64,000 bases of DNA from Mustelus asterias (taxonomy: Eukaryota), in assembly GCF_964213995.1 (NCBI RefSeq), contig NW_027590121.1:2666001-2730000 (forward strand). Direction: 5' to 3'. Of the stretch, positions 49,326 through 61,946 are shown in pieces (the first letter of the stretch is position 1; each line of letters begins with the position of its first letter). The translations under genes were made by a program, and so were the position numbers. The notes under the pieces are model-generated. The model saw nothing but the letters and a program-made list of their open reading frames with translations, was not told the origin of the DNA and ran no database searches.

Positions 49326-50408
49326 ATCCTTTGATCCCTCAGCTTGACACATTTATTTGTCTGTCTAAAAGGATGGTCTTTTTTCTAATGTTCACAATTA
49401 AAGGGAAGCTTTCCCCAGGAGATGGCTGACATTTACGTTAATATAGGACAGAGATCTGTCTGGTGTTGTTATCTGGTACCCAGATTAGATATATTATTTA
49501 TGTTTCTGTAATAAAATACTTTTATTATTATTTCTTGCATTGTAATATAATGCTGGAGCGATGTTATACATTTCCAGTCATAAAGCCCATTACAGCACAG
49601 AAGAAATCCATTCGGTAACTCGAGTCCATGCTGACTCTCTGTATAACATTCCAGTCCCATTCCCACTCTCTATCCCCATTCTCCTGAAAGTTTATTTCCT
49701 TCAAGTGCCCATCCACTTTCATTTTTAACTAGAATCCATAGATATGGATGGAGATTTACAACTTTTTGGGAATGAAATAGGAAAGAATGTTCCATAGAAA
49801 CTAGAATTGTCTGTTCTGAATTTCTATCCTATACTGACTGTGATGACTTTTGTAAACTCATTTCACAGGATTTTGAATGAGGAATCACAGGCAAAAATCT
49901 CAACCGTCACATCTAGAAAGAGTCATATTCCTTGGGATCTGAATATCTTGTAATATGGAACTGTAGCTACGTTATATATTTCCAGACAACTCTTCCCTCA
50001 GAGGGTTGTTAGTCTTTTGGATTTCTCTTCCACAGGAACCAGTTGAGGATGAGGATCATTGAATATATTCCAGTTAGACAGATTTTTGACTGACAAGGGT
50101 GTCAAGGGTTATGGGGAACAGACAAGAGGATGGAGCAAAAGCTAATATGTGGGGGGATTTCTTCACTCAAGGATGTGGTAAAGCTTTGGAATTCTCAACC
50201 CCTGAGGACAGTGAAACCTCAGTCATTAACTATTTTCAAGAGAGAGATTGATTGGTTTCTAGATATTGAAGATATCAAGGGATATGGGTTTAGTGTGGGG
50301 AGAATGATGCTGAGGTAGATGAACAAATTATCTCATTGAATAGTTTAAAAGGCTCGATGGGCCAAATGGCCGACTGCAACTCCTATTTGTTATGGTCTCT
50401 GTGTCCAG

Positions 50409-50474
50409 GACAGGAAGCAGTGAGCATGGATCTGTCAATCAGCCTCAATCAGCACCTTCAGGAGAATTGGGAGG
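50409..50474 (+). other. 66-nt exon 2 of the ZNF cassette (non-coding or uORF-bearing)
   Basis: TGTCCAG|GACAGG..GGGAGG|GTGAAT; copies at ~5741, ~38703, ~46015 (-), ~3345 (-). Confidence 0.65.
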
Positions 50475-50992
50475 GTGAATATTAGATACAGCAGAGTGAG
50501 AATGGAGGGAGAATGTGTGGGATGGAGATTCACAGCTTTTTGGGACTGAAATAGGAAAGAATGTTCCATAGAAACTAGAATTGCCTGTTCTGAATTTCTA
50601 TCCTGTACTGACACTGATGACTTTTGTAAACTTGTTTCACAGGATATTGAAAGAGGAATCACAGGCCGAAATCTCAAACGTCACGTCTCGATCTGACAGA
50701 GTCATATTCCATGGGAGCTGAATATCATCGGACTTTGAATCTCGAAGGAGAAATTATTGTCCAGTTTGTCGATTTGAAAAGAGTTCGACCATCAGTGTGA
50801 CTGGAAAAGCACAACACACTGCCACACTCGAGTGAGAGTCTTCCAGTGCACTGACTAAAGAGCTTTAACCAGTTACACAGCCTGAATAAATATCACACCA
50901 TTCACAGCAGGGAGAGACTGTACCCGTGTTCTGTGTGTGGACAAGGCTTCAACTGATTGTCCACCCAAGAGAGAGGTCAGGACACCTGCACC

Positions 50993-51667
50993 ATGGAGAA
51001 ACCATGGAAATGTGTGGACTGTGGGAAGAGATACAGATCCCATTCTCAGCTGGAAACTCATTGGTGCAGCCACACTGGGGAGAGACCATTCACCTGCTCT
51101 CAGTGTGGGGAGGGATTCAGTCATTTATCCAGCCTGCAGTCACACCAGCGAGTTCACACTGGGGAGAGGCCGTTCACCTGCTCTCATTGTGGGAAGGGAT
51201 TCACTTGTTCATCCCACCTGCGGAGGCACCAGCGAGTTCACACGGAGGAGAGACCATTTACATGTTCTCAGTGTGGGAAGGGATTCACTTGTTCATCCCA
51301 CCTGCAGACACACCAGCGAGTTCACACTGGGGAGAGGCCATTCAGCTGCTCTCATTGTGGGAAGGGATTCACTCAGTTATCCAACCTGCGGAAACACCAG
51401 CGAGTTCACACTGGGGAGACGCCATTCAGCTGCTCTCATTGTGGGGAGGGATTCACTTGTTCATCCAGCCTGCGGAGACACCAGCGAGTTCACACTGGGG
51501 AGAGACCATTCACCTGCTCTGATTGTGGCAAGGGATTCAGTCAATCATCCAACCTGGTAAAGCACCAGCGAATTCACACTGGGGACAGGCCATTCACCTG
51601 CTCCGTGTGTGGGAAGGGATTCACTCAGTCACCTCACCTGCTGAAACACCAACATGTTCACGAGTGA
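50993..51667 (+). CDS. C2H2 zinc-finger protein, finger-only, 8 intact fingers (224 aa)
   Basis: GCACCATGG start; complete cassette upstream (donor 48665, exon 2, acceptor 50642). Confidence 0.9.
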   Translation: MEKPWKCVDCGKRYRSHSQLETHWCSHTGERPFTCSQCGEGFSHLSSLQSHQRVHTGERPFTCSHCGKGFTCSSHLRRHQRVHTEERPFTCSQCGKGFTCSSHLQTHQRVHTGERPFSCSHCGKGFTQLSNLRKHQRVHTGETPFSCSHCGEGFTCSSSLRRHQRVHTGERPFTCSDCGKGFSQSSNLVKHQRIHTGDRPFTCSVCGKGFTQSPHLLKHQHVHE

Positions 51668-53559
51668 CTGCAAGGACTGAATTTTGCTGTTAATCACATC
51701 GAGGTCCGAACCATTTTCATTGGTGTCTGTTTCTGCTGATGTTAATAAACCCTGGCCCAGTTGTAAGATTTGTATTGTGGGTTGTCTTGTCTGAGTCCTG
51801 AACTCGTAAATAAAAACAAGAAGTGCTGCAAAAACTCAGCAGGTCTGACTCTCTGGAGAGAGAAACAGAGCTAATCTTTTGACACTGAAGAAGAGTCACA
51901 TTCAACTGGAAACATTAACTGTTCCTGTCTTTACAGATTCTGTCAGACGTACTGAGATTTTGCAGCAACTTCTGTTTTTAGAATGACGGTGAATGCTGGA
52001 TACATGAATCAGAGATTGGTGTAAAACTGGGATCTGCTCCTAAATCAAAGTGAAACAGCAGGTTAAAGTTTCCAGTCTGAAAAGTACTCTGGTTATTATA
52101 CTATATCTACCATTTTAAGGCTGGTTTTAACTCATTTAAAATAAACCTATTTAAAATATATTTGTTAAAGTCAGTATTAAAATACGAGTTGGATGAGTTC
52201 ACAGGAGCCTGTTAACCACTGGGACAATTATTCAACAAACATTGTCTGTCCAGACAGAGAAGAAGCTGCAGTTTGTTTGCAGGAATTCCCTGTTTTATTG
52301 ATGTGTGTGTGTTAGACATCAGGACAACTAAAACTACACAAACCTGGACATCAATGGTGATCTGATTGACAGTTACTCTGGGAATCACTCCCACTGTGAA
52401 ACTTCAGCACTGACACTGCTGAATGTTGTCGGCTCAGGGAGTGGGACCTCCAGGAGTGGACTGTAAAAAAGCTGGGTTTCAGTATCCTGACTAATATATG
52501 GTGAGGAACCAGAAAAATCCTTACTGAGGAACTGTCTGGGGTTTTACCAGTGTAGGTTCAGGGGCGAATGATTCCTGACTCCCTGAAATGTCTGATATTG
52601 AACCCAGTTTGGAACAAGATTCATTCAGTTTCCAGGAGAATAGAGACAAATATCACCCACAACTGAGAGAGAGAAAAACAGCCACCTTGATCAATGACTT
52701 GGATGAAGCCAGAATTGATGATACAAAGAGAGGTAGAAAAGCAAGTTGTGAGGTTATTACAAAAAATCTATAAGGGACACAGATAAGTTACCTGAATGGA
52801 CAGAAAAATGGCAGATGGAGTATAGTGCAGGAAAGTGGGAGCTTTTCCACTTTGGCAGGAAGAATAGAGAAGCAAAAAATTGTTTAAATGTACAGAAACT
52901 GAAGAATACTGCCGTAGAGAGGAATCTGGGTGACCTTGTACATGAATCGTGAAAAAATAGGATGAAGGTACAGCAAGTAAAGAAGGCGGCAAATGGAGTG
53001 TTGGACTTTACTGCAAGGGGGTGGAGTTTGAAAAAGGGAACTTGCTGCACCTACACAGGACATTGCTGACATAGCAGCTGGAATACTGTGTACGGTTCTG
53101 GTCTCCCGACTGATGGAATGACATGTTTTCATTGGAATGAGTTCAGAGAACGTTCACCAGGCCCATTCCTAAGATGAAGGTGTTGACTTTTGAGGAAAGG
53201 TTGTGAAGGTGTAGGGGAGAATTCTCCCATCCCACCCACCACAGGAATCGTAGCAGGCCGGGGGGTGGACCACACAAAGGTCCTTTGACCTCGGGGCAAG
53301 TGATGCCGCAGAATCCAACTCGTCTTTTGGGGAAGGGTTGCACCAATACTCATTGGGTTTGGAAGAATGAGCAGTGAACATTCTGAAACATATAAGATTC
53401 TCATGGACAGTTGACAGGCGAGAGGCCAAGAGGATGATTCATGAAGGAGTCTTGAACTTGGTGCCACAGATCTACAAGGAAGCCAAGTGTATTCTTTTAG
53501 CCCTTACAGACACCAATACTTTATCCTCCGTTTTAGTCAGGTTAGTCAGAGGTTTAGTC

Positions 53560-53652
53560 AGGTGTGGTGAAAGCTTCAACCAATCATCTGGCCTTTTGGA
53601 ACATAATTTGCAGTCACAGGGAGATGCCATGGAAATGTGGGGATTGTGGGAA
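53560..53652 (+). pseudogene. ZNF remnant cut by CR1
   Basis: [26 protein letters not shown] then CR1 tail. Confidence 0.6.
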
Positions 53653-54360
53653 GAACATAAGAACTAGGAGCAGGAGTAGGCCATCGGGCCCCTCGAGCCT
53701 CATGGCTGATCTTTTTGTGGACTCAGCACCACTTACACGCCCGCTCACCATAGCCCTTAATTCCTTTACTGTTCAATAATTTATCTATTCTTGCCTTAAA
53801 AACATTCAATGAGGTAGCCCCAACTGCTTCACTGGGCAGGGAATTCCACAGATTCACAACCCTTTGTGTGAAGAAGTTCCTCCTCAACTCAGTCCTAAAT
53901 CTGCTTCCCCTTATTTTGAGGCTATGCCCCCAAGTTCTAGTTTCACCTGCCAGTGGAAACAACTTCCCTGCTTCTATCTTATCTATTCCCTTCATAATCT
54001 TATATGTTTCTATAAGATCTCCCCTCATTCTTCTGAATTCCAATGAGCATAGCCCCAATTTACTCAGTCTCTCCTCATAAGCCAACCCTCTCAACTCCAG
54101 AATCAACCTCGTGAATCTCCTCTGCACCCCCTCCAGTGCCAGTATATCCTTTCTCAAGTAAGGAGACCAAAACTGTACACAGTACTCCAGGTGTGGCCTC
54201 ACCAGCACCTTATACAGCTGCAACATAATCTCGCTGTTTTTAAACTCCATCCCTCTCGCAATGAAGGACAAAATTCCATTTGCCTTCTTAATTACCTGTT
54301 GCACCTGCAAACCAACTCTTTGAGATTCCTGCACAAGGACACCCCTGTCCCTCTGCACAG

Positions 54361-55071
54361 CGTAAGAAGTCTCACAACACCAGGTTAAAGTCCAACAGGT
54401 TTATTTGGTAGCAAATATCATAAGCTTTCGGAGCACTGCTCCTTCGTCAGATGGAGTGGAAATGTGCTCTCAAACAGTGCAAACAGACAAAATCAAGTTG
54501 CAGAATACTGATTAGAATGCGAATCTTCCAGCCAGCCAGGTCTTAAAGGTACAGACAACATGGGTGGAGGGAAAATTAAACACAGGTTAAAGAAATGTGT
54601 ATTGTCTCCAGACAGAACAGCTAGTGAGATTCTACAAGCCCAGGAGGCAAGCTGTGGGGGTTACTGATAATGTGACATAAATCCAACATCCCGGTTTAGG
54701 CCGTCCTCATGTGTGCGGAACTTGGCTATCAGTTTCTGCTCAGCGACTCTGCGCTGTCGTGTGTCGTGAAGGCCGCCTTGGAGAACGCTTACCTGAAGAT
54801 CCAAGGCTGAATGCCCGTGACTGCTGAAGTGCTGCCCCACAGGAAGAGAACAGTCTTGCCTGGTGATTGTTGAGTGGTGTTCATTCATCCGTTGTTGTAG
54901 CGCCTGTATGGTTTCCCCAATGTACCATGCCTCGGGACATCCTTTCCTGCAGCGTATCAGGGAGACAATGTTGGCCGAGTTGCAAGAGTAGGTACCGTGT
55001 ACCTGGTAGATGGTGTTCTCACGTGAGACGATGGCATCCGTGTCAATGATCCGGCACGTCTTGCAGAGGTT
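54361..55071 (-). mobile_element. Penelope-like element 3' part with GIY-YIG endonuclease
   Basis: Hand translation CKTC..SCNSANIVSLIRC..WYIGET..RMNEH..HF..E.KLI.KF.T...GLNRD* (to 54661); the whole insert 54361-55215 is flanked by CCTCTGCACAG. Confidence 0.9.
54418..54454 (-). ncRNA. Minimal type I hammerhead ribozyme motif
   Basis: CCAT-CTGACGA-A-GGAGC(AGT)GCTCC-GAAA-GC-TT-ATGA. Confidence 0.75.
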
Positions 55072-55138
55072 TGTTTGAGGTCATTAGGTTACATTGAAAC
55101 TTCATATGTTTCATATGAAGCAATTTTTAAAAGCAGTA

Positions 55139-55175
55139 TCTCGGCCTTTTGGCTAAGATGCAAATGAGATCAAGT
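55139..55175 (+). other. U2 snRNA 5' fragment (not a gene)
   Basis: TCTCGGCCTTTTGGCTAAGAT equals U2 nt 7-27; AGATCAAGT (U2 24-32) follows at 55167-55175. Confidence 0.8.
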
Positions 55176-56654
55176 CTTGGAGGAGGAATTGCTTTCCCTC
55201 CTCCAATCAGCTTGGCCTCTGCACAGTAGCACGCTGCAATTTTTTCCCATTTAAATAATAGTCAATTTTGCTGTTATTCCTACCAAAATGGATGACCTCA
55301 CATTTACCAACATTGTACTCCATCTGCCAGACCCTCGCCCACTCACTTAGATTATCTATGTCCCTTTGCAGACTTTCAGCGTCCTCTGCACACTTTGCTC
55401 TTAGTGTCATCTGCAAATTTTGACACACTACACTTGGTCCCCAACTCCAAATCATCGATGTAAATCGTAAACAATTGCGGTCCCAACACTGATCCCTGAG
55501 GCACACCACGAGTCACTGATCGCCAACCAGAAAAACACCCATTTACCCCCACTCTTTGCTTTCTGTTAGTTAACCAATCCTCTATCCATGCTAATACATT
55601 ACCCGTAACACTGTGCACCTTTATCTTATGCAGCAGTCTTTGGTGCGGCACCTTGTCATATGCCTTCTGGAAATCCAGATACACCACATCCACAGGTTCC
55701 CCATTGTCCACTGCACATGTAATGTTCTCAAAGAATTCCACCAAATTAGTCAAACATGACCTGCCCTTCATGAACCCATGCTGCGTCTTACCCATGGGAC
55801 AATTTATATCCAGATGTCTCGCTATTTTTTCCCTGATGATAGATTCAAGCATTTTCCCTCCTACAGAAGTTAAGCGAACCAGCCTATAGTTACCTGCCTT
55901 TTGTCTACCTCCTTTTTTAAATGTTTGTGATTTTGTGGAACCTGTTTTTGTTGTCTGAGCTGACTGGAATTAGAGCCAGAGCAGGAGTAATCCAGGAGAA
56001 TGATTTGGAGGTAAAGCAAAATCCAGCAGATGCTGGAGTTCTGAAAAGAACCGACCTGCTGAGTTTATCCAGCATTTTCTCTATTTATTGTCATGATTTT
56101 GGGACCTGGCTTTGAATCCCACCACGTTTCAATAAAAATATTGATGAGCATGAATTAATTGTTGTAAAAACACATCTGGTTCTCTAATTCCCTTCAAGGA
56201 AGGAAATCTGCCGCCCTGATCCAGTCGAACCGACATGTGACTGGATTCACAAACAATTCAAGGGCTGACTGGGTAAACAGGGAATGTCACCATCAGAAAA
56301 ACAGAGCCCCCTGGAGGGCAGAAGGGTTAGGACAGGTTATGGAGGTTAAAACTGTCACCATTGAGAACAACCCAGACTTTAACGGAACAACTGGTCCCAA
56401 ACACAATCTCTTGTAGTTAGTGTGGCAGGGTGTGGTGAATCAGGTTTAAAAAGAGTCAAATTATATCTGTTTTCTAGTTTGGACAACCACATTTAAATCT
56501 GGGACACGGATGAGGATATGAATTGGTGTTTGGTGGTAAGATCTAAATCTGTGTATTACGCCAGGAAGCCTTAAACCCAGAGTGAGAATATTTCAATCCA
56601 GGGTTCAAAGTGAACAGCTGTGGATGGTGAATTCACTCTCAAAAGAAAACAAAG

Positions 56655-57110
56655 TTAATTACAGCACAGGAACACCCCCTTTAGCCCTCCAAGCCTGCAC
56701 CAACCACGCTGCCTAACTGAACTGAAACCCCCTACCCTTCTGGGGACTATATCCCTCCATTCCCATCCTATTCATGTATTTGTCAAGACGCCCCTTAAAA
56801 GTCACTATTGTATCTGCTTCCACTATCTCCCCCGGCAGCGAGTTCCAGGCACCCACCACCCTCTGTGTAAAAAAACTATCAGGTCTCCCCTCAACCTGCG
56901 TCGTTCCAGTGAGAACAAACCAAGTTTCTCCAACCTCTCCTCATAGCTAATGCCCTCCATGCCAGGCAACATCCTGGTAGATCTTTTCTGTACCCTCTCC
57001 ACCCTCTCTAAAGCCTCCACATCTTTCTGGTAGTGTGGCGACCAGAATTGAACACTGTATTCCAAGTGCGGCCTAACTGAGGTTCTATAAAGCTGCAACA
57101 TGACTTGCCA
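56655..57110 (-). mobile_element. CR1 3' fragment, internally deleted
   Basis: ORF 56823-57101 (RPHLEYSVQFWSP..RRLRGDLI). Confidence 0.88.
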
Positions 57111-58379
57111 AAAGGCCCGCAGAAATTATGTCTTGGGAGGAACTACTGGAAGAAAATAAATCATCCTGTACATGGGAGAGACAGAAACTGTGAGGACCAT
57201 CTCCTCCAATCACAGATTCTGTCTCTCCCGATGTTGCTACATCTGCAGAGACAGAGTCTCAAATTGGAGGAACAGCTTTGCCACCTATTTTGAGAAAAAA
57301 AGTTCACTGACTCAGCAGCCTATCGGTGATGTGTGGAGGAGTTGTGTCTTCCTGCTACAGAACTAGTTTCATAGCAGTGTGAGCCTCAAAAGGAATGATC
57401 CAACCATCGGCAGACCTTTCCTCATTCTGCTGAACAAGTCTCGATTATTTTTATATATCTCAGGAGGTGGGGTTTACAGCTCAGGAATTTGAGTAAACAG
57501 ATATTGTGAACGTACTTACAATCACTTGGGTCGTCACATTAGAAATTGAGATACATTCATCCAGGTTCATATTCTAAACTGCTTTTATTTGCAGTTTAAC
57601 ATTCACAGACAACATACAGAATCCCCGGTCAGAGCTGATCTCAGCTGGTGGAGTGAGGTTATTGATGGGTTATCAATGTAAATCCACACACAATGAAGAT
57701 CAGAATCGGGAGAGATTTTTCCTGCTCCACCGTCTGAACCAGTAAACATCTGATTCAGTTACCTTGTGTCAAATAGTTAGAATTCTCATTTTGGAAAGAG
57801 AGTATGGGAGTATTTTTAAAATAAGTTAACAAAAAATATCATTCATAGATTCCAATTTAAAAGATTTAATATATACACAGTCTTCAGTATTTGTGCTATC
57901 TTATTCAAAGAAGTAAACTAACAGAAACACAAAAGGTAATGTTACTACGTGACTACATCACTAATAAAGGAGTGACTGAGAATGGAAAACGATGCCCTGG
58001 AAACCAAAAAATAGCCCTTAAAAATCAAAGAGTAGCTTTCCAGAAAATCTCAATACAAGCATTGAAAATAAATACTTTGTGCCCTGCAGATGGATCTTTC
58101 AGAGAATGAATTGGAGATTTTGCCCAAAGATCAAATTAGAATTGAAGCAAAAGTTCTTAACTTTATTCTAAACAGGTTCCTGTTGAGAGTTCTTCAATTA
58201 AGGGGGAAGATCACTGGTGGTGCTTTTAAAAAGTGGCATTGCAGCCCTGAAAATCAGTGACACTACCAGAATATTAAATTCCAGCTAGTTATAGGGTTTG
58301 TTAACATCAGCAGAAATAAAATATTGTCAGACTGTCAATACTGAACAGCAGCAAAAACAGCAAAATCCAACCCCTGCAG

Positions 58380-59303
58380 TCACTTGTGAACTTGTTGATG
58401 TCTCAGGAGCCATTGTGACTGAGTGAATTCCTTCCCACACACAGAGCAGTTGAATGGCCTCTCAGTGTGAGTGCGTTGGTGAGCCAGCAGGTTGAAAGAC
58501 TTTGCGAATCCCTTCCCACACACGGAGCAAGTGAATGGCCTCTCCCCTGTGTGAACTCGCTGGTGAGCAGAGAGGTTGGATGGCCGACTGAATCCCTTCC
58601 CACACACGGAGCATGTGAATGGTCTTTCTGCAGTGTGAGTGCGTCGGTGAGCAGTGAGGTTGGATGACTGCCTGAAATTCTTTCCACAGTCAGTGCAGCT
58701 GAATGGCTTCTCTTCAGTGTGAATTTTCTGGTGTCTCAGCAGGGTGGGTAAAACTGTGAATCCCTTTCCACACAAAAAGCAAGTAAACGGTCTCTCCCCA
58801 GTGTGAATTCGCTGGTGTGCAATGAGGGAGGATGCCTGTCTGAAACTCCGTCCACAGTCAGTGCAGCTGAATGGCTTCTCCTCAATGTGAACTCGCTGGT
58901 GTGACAGTAAGTGGGATGACCCAGTGAATCCCTTCCCACAGTCGGAGCAGGTGAACGGCCTCTCCCCAGTATGAACTCGCTGGTGTGACAGCAGGTGGAA
59001 TGACTGAGTGAATCCCTTCCCACACACGGAGCAGATGAATGGTCTCTCCCCGGTGTGAGTGCGTTGGTGCACAGTGAGTGCTGAAGAATGCCTGAACCTC
59101 TTCCCACAGGAGGTGCAGGTGAATGGCTTTTCCTCAGTGTGAATTCTCTGGTGAGACCAAAGGCCAGATGACTGAATGAATCCCTCCCCACAGACAGAAC
59201 AGGTGAACGGTCTCTCACCAGTGTGACTGCGCCGATGGTTTTCCAGCAGAGAAGGGTAACTGAATCCTTTCCCACAGTCCCCACATTTCCACGGTTTCTC
59301 CAT
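58380..59303 (-). CDS. C2H2 zinc-finger protein, finger-only, 11 intact fingers (307 aa)
   Basis: GCACCATGG start, [10 protein letters not shown], diverse recognition helices. Confidence 0.92.
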   Translation of the reverse strand: MEKPWKCGDCGKGFSYPSLLENHRRSHTGERPFTCSVCGEGFIQSSGLWSHQRIHTEEKPFTCTSCGKRFRHSSALTVHQRTHTGERPFICSVCGKGFTQSFHLLSHQRVHTGERPFTCSDCGKGFTGSSHLLSHQRVHIEEKPFSCTDCGRSFRQASSLIAHQRIHTGERPFTCFLCGKGFTVLPTLLRHQKIHTEEKPFSCTDCGKNFRQSSNLTAHRRTHTAERPFTCSVCGKGFSRPSNLSAHQRVHTGERPFTCSVCGKGFAKSFNLLAHQRTHTERPFNCSVCGKEFTQSQWLLRHQQVHK

Positions 59304-59861
59304 GGTGCTGGTGTCCTTATGTTTCTCCAGGTTAAACGATCAGTTGAAGCCTCATCCACACACAGAACACGTGTACAGTTTCTCCTTGCTGTGAATGGTG
59401 TGATGTTTTTTAAGGCTGCGTAACTGGATAAAGCTCTTTCCACAGTCAACTCACTGAAACACTCTCACTCAGGTGTGCGTGTATCTTGGTGCTTTTTCAG
59501 TCACACTGATGTTTGAAATCTTCTCCTCCAGACAGAAGACAAACATTTCTCCTTCCACGTTCAAAGTCTGAGGATATTTAAGTCCAAGTGAATCGAGACT
59601 CTGTCTGATTTTGATGTGATGTTTCTTCACCTCACCTGTAAAAGGAGTTTACAAAATTAATCACTGTCAGTCCAGGATAGAAATTTTGAACAGGCAATTC
59701 TAATTCTCTGGAACATTTCTTCCTCTCTTGTTCCCCAAATCAATAAATTCCTGTCCCACACACTCTCCCTCCTCCCTGGTTTGAAATCCAAACCCATCTC
59801 ACCATTTCTTTCCTCCACTCCCAGTTTGCTCCCTCCCTCTCCTCTGTCTGGGTTCAGTTCT

Positions 59862-60024
59862 GATGTGGAGATGCCGGCGTTGGACTGGGGTGAACATAGT
59901 AAGAGTTTTAACACCAGGTTAAAGTCCAACAGGTTTATTTGGTAGCAAACACCTAATGGTAGCTAATGGTGTTTGCTACCAAATAAACCTGTTGGACTTT
60001 AACCTGGTGTTGTTAAAACTCTTA
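59862..60024. mobile_element. Short Penelope-derived fold-back insertion lacking the ribozyme core
   Basis: Inverted arms; TSD CTGGGTTCAGTTCT (59848-59861, 60025-60038). Confidence 0.88.
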
Positions 60025-60379
60025 CTGGGTTCAGTTCTCCAGCTGCTGTCTGCAGACTGACAATAAAACCAATGGGTCTTATTGGGGGTGTTGGGGCCTC
60101 CAGAGGGTGTTTGTGAATCCTCCCCGCCCACCTCCCAGGGTTTCCTTCCTTCCCAGAGATCAGAGTCCTCATTGATTTGAGGCCAAAGTGTAACCTCTTA
60201 TTTATTGTCCCTCTCCCCCATCCTCTGATGTGAACCATCCTCCAGTGGCTGAGCCAGGATGGGGCCGTTAACCTGGGCCTGTTCCCGGGAGGGAGGGAGG
60301 GAGAAGCCCCGCAGCTGCAAACCAGGGAGCTGACAATGATTCTGAAGGGTTTGCGGATCCACAAAGTGTTTCCAAATCC

Positions 60380-60720
60380 TCCCAGCCACCGCCTAACGCT
60401 GACTCCGCTTCTCCGGGACAAACAAGCGCCAAGGACAGCAATGACACTGCGCATGCTCCACATCACAATGCCCGGGGACTGATTGACGGCAGCTCCGGAC
60501 CAATAGGAAGAGGGGGCGGGGCTGGAGGACCGAGCGGGAGCGGCTGGTCCTCCAACCAATCGGAATGAATGAGGGGCGGGACCTGAAGCATGCGCAGTGC
60601 GGGTGAACCAAATAACCCTGTTGGACTTTAACCTGGTGTTGTTTGACTTCTTACTGTGTTTACCCGAGTCCAACGCCGGCATTTCCACATCAGTGCGGGT
60701 AATGGCAGACGGCCGGTTTT
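60380..60720. promoter_or_regulatory. CpG-island bidirectional promoter (pair 5), with a Penelope tail insert at 60605-60690
   Basis: TGCGCATGC x2, CCAAT x2, GGGGCGGG x2; insert flanked by CAGTGCGGGT (60595-60604, 60691-60700), empty site at ~34285. Confidence 0.75.
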
Positions 60721-61946
60721 AGTTTGGAAGCGAGATCAATGAAGGGAAAGAAATGACTGGCAATTGGGAGGTTTTAAAAGTGTGATATCAAGAGTCCAGG
60801 GGCAGTATATTCCTGTTAAGATGCAGGGAAAGAATGGTAAATTTAGGGTTCCCTGGCAGACAAGGGACATTGAGGCTCTGGTCAGGTAAAACAAGGAAGC
60901 ATACATTGGGTTTAGGCAATCAGGGACAAGTGAATCACTCTGACTATAAAAAGTGTAAGAAAATACTGAAGAGGGAAATCAGGAGGACAAAAAGAGGGTC
61001 TGATATGGATCTGGCAGGTAAGATTAAAGAAAATTCCAAGAGGTTCTATAGCTATATTACGAGTAAAAGGGTGGCTAGAGAGAGAATAGATCCCCTTAAA
61101 AATCAGTATGGCCATCTGTGTGTGGAGCCACAGGAGATGGGTGAGATTTTTAATGAATACTTCTCCTCTGTGTTTACTGCGGAGAGCACCATGGGTGCGA
61201 AAGAAATAAGGGAAACAAGTGGTGATGTCTTGGGCGCACGCATGTTACTTGGGAGGAGGTATCTGCAGCCTTATAAAAGCAAATTACTGCGGATGCTGGA
61301 ATCTGAAACCAAGAGAGAAAATGCTGGAAAATCTCAGCAGGTCTGGCAGCATCTGTAAGGAGAGAAAAGAGCTGATGTTTCTTGTCTGGATGACCCTTTG
61401 TCAAAGCTCTGAAACATCAGTTCTTTTCTCTCCATACAGATGCTGCCAGACCTGCTGAGAATGGGGAGAGAGTGTGTGGGATGGAGATTTACAGCTTTTG
61501 GGGAATGAGAGAGGAAAGAATGTTCCATAGAAATTGTCTGTTCTGAATTTCTATCCTGTACTGACACTGATGACTTTTGTAAACTCATTTTACAGGATAT
61601 TGAAAGAGGAATCACAGGCTGAAATCTCAAACGTCACGTCTCGATCTGACAGAGTCTTATTCCTTGGGACCTCAATATCATCGGACTTTGAATCTAGAAG
61701 GAGAAATGATTGTCCAGTCTGTCGATTTGAAAAGATTTGAAATGTCAGTGTGAGTGAAAAAGCATCAACACACTACCACACTTGAGAGAGAGTGTTCCAA
61801 TACACTGACTAAAGAGCTTTAACCAGTTACACAGTCTGAATAAATATCACACCATTCACAGCGGGTAGAAACTGTAATCTTGTTCTGTGTGTGGACGAAG
61901 TTTCAACTAATTGTCCACCCAAGAGAGAGGTAAGAACACCCGCACC

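Larger units (their letters stand above)
53653..55920 (-). mobile_element. CR1 LINE RT and 3' part, split by a Penelope insertion
   Basis: ORFs 55376-55852 ([20 protein letters not shown]), 55207-55509, 53723-54358. Confidence 0.93.

Noticed and set aside
50643-50992. Conserved in-frame TGA codons upstream of the ZNF ORFs as selenocysteine or readthrough sites
   Set aside because: They fall at Arg-type positions (consistent with CGA>TGA decay), not Cys; copies also carry private frameshifts and one has TAA, so readthrough could not restore the frame
55139-55175. Functional U2 snRNA gene
   Set aside because: Only ~21 nt match; no intact branch-point pairing region, Sm site or 3' stems
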